Positions 57,733-64,000 of a stretch of DNA of 64,000 nucleotides are shown one piece after another. Position 1 is the stretch's first letter. Each line of letters starts with the position of its first letter. Both the position numbers and the translations under genes were made by a program. This stretch comes from a virus (taxonomy: Duplodnaviria > Caudoviricetes): positions 1-64,000 of the IMG/VR virus record IMGVR_UViG_3300025735_000294. The stretch is one strand, 5' to 3'. The notes under the pieces were generated by a model. The model was given only the letters and a program-made list of their open reading frames with translations. It was not told the DNA's origin and ran no database searches.

Positions 57733-57766
57733 ATAACTTTATATAATGTCAGTTATATAAAGTTAT
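57733..57766 (+). other. 34-bp lox/rox-type recombination site
   Basis: ATAACTTTATATA-ATGTCAGT-TATATAAAGTTAT: perfect 13-bp inverted arms, asymmetric 8-bp spacer, 150 bp upstream of the recombinase. Confidence 0.93.
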
Positions 57767-57916
57767 GTGTGTTACTGTATGCTTGATCAGGTTGACACCG
57801 GAGCATTTTCTAAGGGGTGCTCTAACTTTGCAGATTTTAAAAATCTAAGGGTGCGATAGCGTTTTACGCCCTACTTTTTACGTAGAATCGCCAGTGTATA
57901 GGAAGGAAATAATAAC

Positions 57917-58945
57917 ATGGGTGAATTGATTTTGGCGGCAGATTCTCTCTTCCCTGCTGAACGTAATAGCAGTGAAGCCGAGCAACGCCTCAGGAACTTC
58001 CTGCGCGATCGCGAAGCTTACTCCGACAACACCTTTAGAGATTTGGTTAGTGTAATTCGAATTTACTCAGACTGGTGCCGCCAGCGCGGAGCCGCCTGGT
58101 TTCCTGTTGATGATGAGATGGCTCGCATCTACCTCATGGATATGTATGACAGTGGCCTAGCATCTACAACCGTAGATAAACACTATGCGATGCTTAACAT
58201 GCTGCTCAAGCAAGCTGGATTGACAACCCTGGCTGAAAGCCAGTCCGTCACTCTCGCAATGCGCAAAATCAGGCGAGATGCCGGTACTGGCGGTGAAGAA
58301 CGTACAGGCCAGGCAATACCGCTCAGACTCGATGACTTACGACTACTGAATGTCCTGCTTTCGAGGTCCGGCCGGGCGGTTGATCTGCGAAACCTCACAT
58401 TCCTCTTTGTCGCTTACAACACTTTGCTTCGTATCAGCGAAGTAGGCCGTCTGAGAGTGCGTGATCTTGAAATTGAAGGTGACAACGTAACGTTAAATGT
58501 ATCTCATACCAAGACGATCGTCTCGGCTGCAGGTCTTGTAAAAAGTCTCTCTGCTATAAGCTCCCGTCTTGTCATCGACTGGCTGGATAAATCCGGACTG
58601 TCTGATCACCCTGAAGCTATCCTTTTCCCGCCGGTGCGAAAAAACGGAGCCGTGGCCATAGTGGAAAAACCAATGAGCACGCCTGCTTTAGAGAAGATCT
58701 TTTCCGATGCCTGGCTTGAGTTACGTCGCGAGCCAATGCCAGTAAACAAGGGCAGATATGCGACATGGACAGGCCACAGCGCTCGCGTAGGTGCGGCGCA
58801 GGATATGTCGGACCATGGCACCACATTGGTAGAGATAATGCGTGAAGGAACCTGGAAAACACCGGCAACAGTTATGGGCTACCTCCGCAAAACCAAAGCT
58901 AACAAAGGAGCCATGTCGAAGTTGCTCGACGAGAAAGAAACATAG
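57917..58945 (+). CDS. cre: Cre/Dre-type tyrosine recombinase
   Basis: Catalytic R (TLLRISE), K (HTKT), H-x-x-R (GHSARVG), W (GTW), Y (VMGYLR); LASTTVDKHYAMLNMLL as in Dre. Confidence 0.95.
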   Translation: MGELILAADSLFPAERNSSEAEQRLRNFLRDREAYSDNTFRDLVSVIRIYSDWCRQRGAAWFPVDDEMARIYLMDMYDSGLASTTVDKHYAMLNMLLKQAGLTTLAESQSVTLAMRKIRRDAGTGGEERTGQAIPLRLDDLRLLNVLLSRSGRAVDLRNLTFLFVAYNTLLRISEVGRLRVRDLEIEGDNVTLNVSHTKTIVSAAGLVKSLSAISSRLVIDWLDKSGLSDHPEAILFPPVRKNGAVAIVEKPMSTPALEKIFSDAWLELRREPMPVNKGRYATWTGHSARVGAAQDMSDHGTTLVEIMREGTWKTPATVMGYLRKTKANKGAMSKLLDEKET

Positions 58946-58950
58946 TTCAT

Positions 58951-58974
58951 TTAGATTTTGCATCAGCAATCTAA
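58951..58974. promoter_or_regulatory. Perfect operator upstream of post-cre operon
   Basis: TTAGATT ttgcatcagc AATCTAA. Confidence 0.7.
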
Positions 58975-59010
58975 TGACTGTTAATATTCCTCCGCTCTGG
59001 AGGATTTGAA

Positions 59011-59343
59011 TTGAAGAATGGCATTTTAGCTTCAAGGTTTTTTGAGGTCGATGGCCACAAAGTCACTTTTGCCGCTGGCGTTAAAGCTGGTACGCCTGTA
59101 GTAGTTTTCGGCATACATACAAACTTTGAGGCTGTGCCCGTTTTCACTATCGATCGCGAATGGTCGTGCCCGAACGCTGCTGAGAAATATGTCTCAAGCG
59201 TTACCATTCGTGCTGCCGAGAAAATGCTGGCTTTTTACCGCGCTAATTTCCTTCAAATGAGCGAACAGGTGAACCGCGCGTTCACCAGAACAGGCTTTAT
59301 TGCCCCATATACACCGGGGCATCGTTACGGTAAAAAGGGCTAA
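59011..59343 (+). CDS. Hypothetical protein
   Basis: TTG start with GGAGG RBS; first gene after the operator. Confidence 0.55.
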   Translation: MKNGILASRFFEVDGHKVTFAAGVKAGTPVVVFGIHTNFEAVPVFTIDREWSCPNAAEKYVSSVTIRAAEKMLAFYRANFLQMSEQVNRAFTRTGFIAPYTPGHRYGKKG

Positions 59344-59871
59344 TTGACCGTGGACAAAATCTTTGAAGAACTGGGCGCTTACTATGCCCCCTATCCTGAA
59401 TTATCCGACCTTCTCCTCTCAGAAATCGCAACATTGGGCAGTGCATCCAGTCGTGATCTTCTTTCTCGCTACAAGCCTGTGTATGCCAGGCATAGAGTTG
59501 TCCGGGCAATACAAAACCTGATCTCTTTAAAACTTCTCAACTCTGTAGGCTTGAACCTTTCGCTGAGGATAGAAACGGAACAAGTACAAAAGCTCAAAGC
59601 GTACAATTTCACTCAGATTCAGATGCGCATTCTCACTTTCATCCGGCTAAATGGCACGGTGTATTACAACCCGTTCTACATGCAAACAAGAGCTAACCGT
59701 ACCCCATTTAATCAGGCCACAAGGAAACTAATAAACCTTAATTTGCTTGAAATGCACAAAGAATCCACAAAACGCGGTGGCGTTAACCGACACGTTTACT
59801 CCTTCAAGACGGTCGATGCACATAAGTCGAATCCTGGCGCCATAATGCTGCATACTAAATCTAATGTTTAA
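59344..59871 (+). CDS. Hypothetical protein, possible tandem winged-helix
   Basis: Two segments ending in ..AI..L..L.LL helices; operonic. Confidence 0.5.
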   Translation: MTVDKIFEELGAYYAPYPELSDLLLSEIATLGSASSRDLLSRYKPVYARHRVVRAIQNLISLKLLNSVGLNLSLRIETEQVQKLKAYNFTQIQMRILTFIRLNGTVYYNPFYMQTRANRTPFNQATRKLINLNLLEMHKESTKRGGVNRHVYSFKTVDAHKSNPGAIMLHTKSNV

Positions 59872-60637
59872 ATTTGGAGATGTAATGTCACAAGCAACTT
59901 ATCAGTTGATTGGTTCGAAACCTGTAACGATCACCCCAGACAATGGCCTCACTCTTGACGACATCGAGCGCGTAATTATGACGTTCTTTGGCTTTACTGA
60001 AGGTGAATCGACTTTGGCGGGGACCGGCGTTTGGTTAGAAAACGGCAATGTCGCTTATGTGTCCGTTCATGATAAAAGTATTGTCTCCAGCGAAATGCTG
60101 CGCTCGTATGCCGAGAGTCTTGAGGCCACTCCCCTTGATCTCATCAATGACCCGTCATTTGCCCAAGAGACAATGCGCCGTCTTCACATCACAGTTACTG
60201 CGCTACCTTTCATTGAGGGCTCTTTGGTCGGTTTATGGAAGGCAGAACGACTTTCTGTATACCGACCATTCGATACCGCGCGAAACGGGGTGATCGTTAA
60301 CCAGCAGCAGCCACTCGGCAACACCTCCACCAGCATTACACAGGCAATTTTCACACTGGCTTGCCGAATTCTGGGTATCGGCAAACGCGCATACATCACC
60401 TTCCCTAATGGCGCTGAAGGCGAGGCCGCCGAGTTCTATACCGACCCTTCAATGATCCAGCAGTTTGCCTCGGCCATCGGTAGTTCATTCTTCCCGGCAC
60501 CAGCGTTAGATCAGTATGCGCTGGTGGACACTCCACAGCAGGCATTGGACGCAGCGGTTGAAGTGGCCAGAGCACAATGTCGCGCAGCTCTGACGCCGGA
60601 TAGCAGCGAGAATATATCGGAGCCAGAAGACAATTAG
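59864..60637 (+). CDS. mat: P1 Mat-like maturation control protein (likely start ATG 59885)
   Basis: TY.L....PV, .AG.GV, ARNG..V.Q pattern; downstream of cre as in P1. Confidence 0.55.
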   Translation: MFKFGDVMSQATYQLIGSKPVTITPDNGLTLDDIERVIMTFFGFTEGESTLAGTGVWLENGNVAYVSVHDKSIVSSEMLRSYAESLEATPLDLINDPSFAQETMRRLHITVTALPFIEGSLVGLWKAERLSVYRPFDTARNGVIVNQQQPLGNTSTSITQAIFTLACRILGIGKRAYITFPNGAEGEAAEFYTDPSMIQQFASAIGSSFFPAPALDQYALVDTPQQALDAAVEVARAQCRAALTPDSSENISEPEDN

Positions 60638-60641
60638 ATAT

Positions 60642-60671
60642 AAGAAACCCGCCAGTTGGCGGGTTTTTTTT
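60642..60671. terminator. Intrinsic terminator between convergent genes
   Basis: AAACCCGCCA-GT-TGGCGGGTTTTTTTT. Confidence 0.8.
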
Positions 60672-60692
60672 ATGCGCGGAATATGGCCTCAG

Positions 60693-61685
60693 TCAATTCT
60701 CAAACTTAATCACTCCGTGCTCGATGGCAAAATCAAAGAGTTTGTTAGCGATCAGGTATAGCTTTTTGCCCTGCTTTTGTTCCCAACCTTTAATGTCGGC
60801 GTCGACTTCGCGACTGCATTTATCGCATAGCGGGACCAGGTAGCGATCATGTTCACGCAAACTTCGATGCCGATAAAGATAAGGTGTCGCTACAGCGCCC
60901 CCACACCCCTCACATGGACGAGATGAAACAAAGCGACGATAAGATACACTTCGCCCCGTTAAAAGCTTAGGACGGCGCATATAGAGCAACCCTGAGTCCT
61001 CTTCCACGCCGATTCGAGCGATCTCACCTTCATACTTCTGAAGTAACTGCCCATCACTGGCGCTCCATACGATATCCGACTCCTTAAGCGTGCCTGCAGG
61101 TACTGGCTCCTTTTCCCGGCACAGAGCTATGCGCCCAGCATCCGCTGGTAATAAATGGGCCAGGCCACGTCCGATTGCCCACCAGCAAACTTCAATGACG
61201 CTAATATCCTTTCCATATGGTAGCCGCAGCTCCGTAGCGATCGTGTCCAGTATCCAGTTAACCCTGTTCATAAGGAGAACGTTCGCCAGGTCTTCGCGAG
61301 TCCGAAGCATGTAGTGATTGTCGTGATACCAGCACAGCTTTACCGCACTCTCACCATAGGCAGTGATAGCAAATTTGTTGTCATGGTCGCCGCCGTCAGG
61401 TGCCTGACAGCATCCGACGCTTCTATTCAGCCAGGCCTTTAACCCATCAAGTCCACCAGCAGCTTCACTAACCTCGGAACATGCAAAAAACGGTCGCATC
61501 ATCTCGCTACCCGCCAGAGTGAAATCGGAATGAATTACGCCATCCGCTAACCCTGATTGTTCACGTTGCAAAGGCTCCATTACAAAGCGCTTATGGCTTG
61601 CTATCAGGCGGGATGTGTCTACATCCACGTTGAATATAGCCACCCCTGTGTTCCCTTGTGCGTAAGGGCTAACGATGATTTTCAT
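60693..61685 (-). CDS. DUF968-family protein with C-terminal Cys/His (HNH-like) motif
   Basis: LD..L.R..GCCQ, LCWYHDN, E.CWWA, S.PC.GC, HD.Y..PLC..C. Confidence 0.75.
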   Translation of the reverse strand: MKIIVSPYAQGNTGVAIFNVDVDTSRLIASHKRFVMEPLQREQSGLADGVIHSDFTLAGSEMMRPFFACSEVSEAAGGLDGLKAWLNRSVGCCQAPDGGDHDNKFAITAYGESAVKLCWYHDNHYMLRTREDLANVLLMNRVNWILDTIATELRLPYGKDISVIEVCWWAIGRGLAHLLPADAGRIALCREKEPVPAGTLKESDIVWSASDGQLLQKYEGEIARIGVEEDSGLLYMRRPKLLTGRSVSYRRFVSSRPCEGCGGAVATPYLYRHRSLREHDRYLVPLCDKCSREVDADIKGWEQKQGKKLYLIANKLFDFAIEHGVIKFEN

Positions 61686-61935
61686 GCTTGTTCCGTAGAA
61701 TGTTTGTCCTCTGATGAGAGGCTAACAATGGCAAAATCAACTAACAAGCAATTCCAATAGAAAAGCATTAGATTAATGATCTAAATCAGTTGTAAGTTAT
61801 TGATATGAAAAAGACACGCAAATCAAGTGGAGAAAAGTCTTAAGTCTCTAATAATATTATAGAAAAAAGGTGTGCTTAAGCTAAATAAGCCGATTAAAAT
61901 GATGTTTCATTAACCAAATGGAGAGTGGTTTTAAG

Positions 61936-62457
61936 ATGGCATTACATGGAAAGTTGATCCTGAATGGTGCAGATTATGCCCCCTTCAATCTCTATGGAGT
62001 TGGTGTGTTCATGGCTCACTCTGGACGGGGTTCATTTCGCAATAATTCATTCTGTGGGTCTGTTCCTAAGGATGGTCCTTTACCTCTAGGTAAGTATTGG
62101 ATTGTAGATCGGCTTGAAGGCAACTGGCTTTCGCAAGCAGGTCTTGAATTAAAAGATGCAACTAGGCGTGGGCTTGGAATCAAGCAGTTCGGTAAATCAG
62201 ACTGGTTTGCTTTGTGGCGAGATGATTTGGGTATTGACGACCACACATGGATCGATGGTGTAAAGCGGGGCAATTTTAGATTGCATCCAGGGCGCGTATC
62301 TGAGGGTTGCATAACGATTGCCCATGACTCTGATTTTGCGATGATAAAAACTGCTCTGATGAATACTCCACCAATTCAGGTCCCATGCATGCGGTCCCTA
62401 ATGGCCCGTGGATGGGTAGAGGTTGTTGATGGCGGCTTTCAAAACACTTGCCCGTAG
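61936..62457 (+). CDS. DUF2778/Tlde1-family peptidoglycan L,D-transpeptidase-fold T6SS effector
   Basis: SG.G..RN, GPLP.GKYWIVDR, W.AL.RDD..IDD.T.I.GV.RG.FRLHPG..SEGCIT. Confidence 0.85.
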   Translation: MALHGKLILNGADYAPFNLYGVGVFMAHSGRGSFRNNSFCGSVPKDGPLPLGKYWIVDRLEGNWLSQAGLELKDATRRGLGIKQFGKSDWFALWRDDLGIDDHTWIDGVKRGNFRLHPGRVSEGCITIAHDSDFAMIKTALMNTPPIQVPCMRSLMARGWVEVVDGGFQNTCP

Positions 62458-62704
62458 AGCATCAAAGACAGCCTTTTATATTGCACTTTCAATTGCCATA
62501 GGGCGAATATTTGGCCCCGTTGAATCATGGCTAAACATTGATTTTGTGCATAGCGCTGGAGAGGTTATTTATGGACCCGGAGATATGGGTGCAGATAATT
62601 TTTGGGACCTACTCTTTTACATCGACTTTCTTACAACTATGTCAATTACGACAATCGTCTATTTCGTAACAATGAAGTTAACTAATAAAATAAGGAACAA
62701 ATAA
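62429..62704 (+). CDS. Two-TM membrane protein, candidate immunity
   Basis: Overlaps effector 3' end; two hydrophobic helices flanking a loop. Confidence 0.6.
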   Translation: MAAFKTLARRASKTAFYIALSIAIGRIFGPVESWLNIDFVHSAGEVIYGPGDMGADNFWDLLFYIDFLTTMSITTIVYFVTMKLTNKIRNK

Positions 62705-62705
62705 A

Positions 62706-63197
62706 ATGCCTATCCCTCCATATATGTGGCTTAAGGACGACGGTGGCGCAGACATCAAAGGGTCTGTAGATGTGCAAGATCGTGAAGGCAGCATTGAAAT
62801 TATCGGCCTAAGTCACGGCATTAACCTTCCCGTAGATCACTCCAATGGAAAGATTACCGGCACTCGTCAGCACTCATCCATGAGAATCGAAAAAGAGGTT
62901 GATAGCTCCACACCATACCTCTACAAGGCGGCAGCAACAGGTCAAACACTCAAGAGCGCCGAAATAGGTTTCTATCACATTAACGATGCAGGGCAGGAAG
63001 TTTGCTATTACACCGTATTGATGGAGAACGTAAAAATCACAGGTGTTAATTGCAGCGTTCCCAACGTTAAACTGTCAGCCAATGATAAAATTAACCACGT
63101 TGAAAGCGTAAGCTTGCAGTACGAGAAGATCACCTGGCGGATTGTCGACGGGAATATCATGTTTGCCGATGCATGGAATGAGCGTCCGACTGCGTAA
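62706..63197 (+). CDS. hcp: Type VI secretion tube protein Hcp/TssD (orphan)
   Basis: MPIP.Y.WLKDDGG.DIKGSV...REGSIE, G..TG.R.H, KE.D.S.PYLYKA..TGQ.LK, H.E.V.L.YE.I.W. Confidence 0.95.
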   Translation: MPIPPYMWLKDDGGADIKGSVDVQDREGSIEIIGLSHGINLPVDHSNGKITGTRQHSSMRIEKEVDSSTPYLYKAAATGQTLKSAEIGFYHINDAGQEVCYYTVLMENVKITGVNCSVPNVKLSANDKINHVESVSLQYEKITWRIVDGNIMFADAWNERPTA

Positions 63198-63485
63198 ATG
63201 AAATTTACCTCGTTGCTATTGGTTGTATCAAAGTACATCATTCGCGCCATTCTCACGTTTATCGTGTTCTTCTTCGCAAGCGTCATATTATCTGGCGTTA
63301 TAGAATCGACAATTCCTGAAACGTGGATCAATTTCGTGCAAGATTACGGTAATTTCATGCAAGGAAGTGAAGGCTATTACGATGCGTGGGACTTGATCGC
63401 TTTTGTTATCACACTACCCGCAACCATGCTTATTACCTGGTTAACATTCCGTTTTTCTGGGTATCTGCCTTTCCTACGCCCTTAA
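63198..63485 (+). CDS. Two-TM membrane protein, paralog-like to 62429-62704
   Basis: Same topology and shared WDL..F...L...IT segment. Confidence 0.6.
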   Translation: MKFTSLLLVVSKYIIRAILTFIVFFFASVILSGVIESTIPETWINFVQDYGNFMQGSEGYYDAWDLIAFVITLPATMLITWLTFRFSGYLPFLRP

Positions 63486-63570
63486 ACAAGCTGGTGGAGT
63501 ATATCTCCACCAGCTTCATTCGATTACCTAACACTCACCTATACTTTCAGTCTAACCACTGGAGGCTGCT

Positions 63571-64000
63571 ATGTGTGGACGCTTTGCCCAATCCATGACA
63601 CGAGACGATTACCTTGCGCTGCTGGCTGATGAAGCAGATCGTGACATTCCATATGATCCGGCACCGATTGGCCGTTACAACGTGGCGCCGGGTACAAAGG
63701 TGCTGCTGCTAAACGAGCGTGACGAACAGCTGCACCTTGATCCGGTTCTATGGTCATATGCCCCTGGCTGGTGGGATAAACAGCCGCTGATCAATGCCCG
63801 CGTTGAGACGGCGGCCACCAGCCGGATGTTTAAGCCATTATGGGACCACGGCCGGGCTATTTGTTTTGCGGATGGCTGGTATGAATGGAAACGCACCGGC
63901 GACAAGAAACAGCCGTATTTCATTCACCGGGCCGACGGCCAGCCGATCTTTATGGCGGCGATCGGCAGCACGCCGTTCGAGCGCGGAGATGAAGCTGAAG
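63571..64000 (+). CDS. yedK: SOS response-associated peptidase SRAP/YedK, truncated by window end
   Basis: MCGRF N-terminus, RYNVAP, INARVET, ADGWYEW, KQPYFI. Confidence 0.92.
   Translation, partial: MCGRFAQSMTRDDYLALLADEADRDIPYDPAPIGRYNVAPGTKVLLLNERDEQLHLDPVLWSYAPGWWDKQPLINARVETAATSRMFKPLWDHGRAICFADGWYEWKRTGDKKQPYFIHRADGQPIFMAAIGSTPFERGDEAE

Noticed and set aside
57800-57860. Direct repeat TCTAAGGG(G)TGC twice between lox and cre
   Set aside because: Only two short copies; may be promoter or accessory sites but cannot be supported further
1-64000. Insertion sequences, integrons and antibiotic-resistance genes
   Set aside because: No transposase, integron integrase or resistance-family motifs were recognised

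Overview
64 kb of a P1-like (Punavirus-related, D6/Dre-type recombinase) phage-plasmid or prophage from an enterobacterium, apparently an incomplete slice: no plasmid RepA and only part of the tail-completion genes are visible. It holds P1-homologous morphogenesis genes (capsid, sheath, tube, tape measure, baseplate, one non-invertible tail fibre, portal, protease, PacA/PacB), lysis genes, the virion-borne antirestriction system (Hdf, DarA, DdrA, DdrB, DarB, Ulx), RdgC, a C5+N6A methyltransferase (Dmt), RepL, a C1-like repressor, an Lpa-like late activator and a Cre/Dre-type recombinase with a perfect 34-bp lox-like site. Maintenance modules are a ParF/ParG pair, a ParM/ParR (StbA/StbB) pair and an AtaRT toxin-antitoxin. 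Read directly from the DNA: a palindromic operator TTAGATT-N10-AATCTAA (5 near-full sites), a late-promoter motif AAATCACA-N7-TAnnnT (8 sites), a GATC-rich pac candidate and dispersed partition-type repeats. Most unusual: a ~1.9 kb ORF-poor region (50864-52751) behind a repressor-controlled promoter, packed with structured RNAs including several tRNA-shaped C4/CI-like units with a shared scaffold and variable interiors; a split/permuted Ig domain at the capsid gene; a conserved-looking overlapping gene inside dmt; and an orphan T6SS Tlde1-Hcp cassette. All homology calls are from recalled family motifs and synteny; no database search was run.
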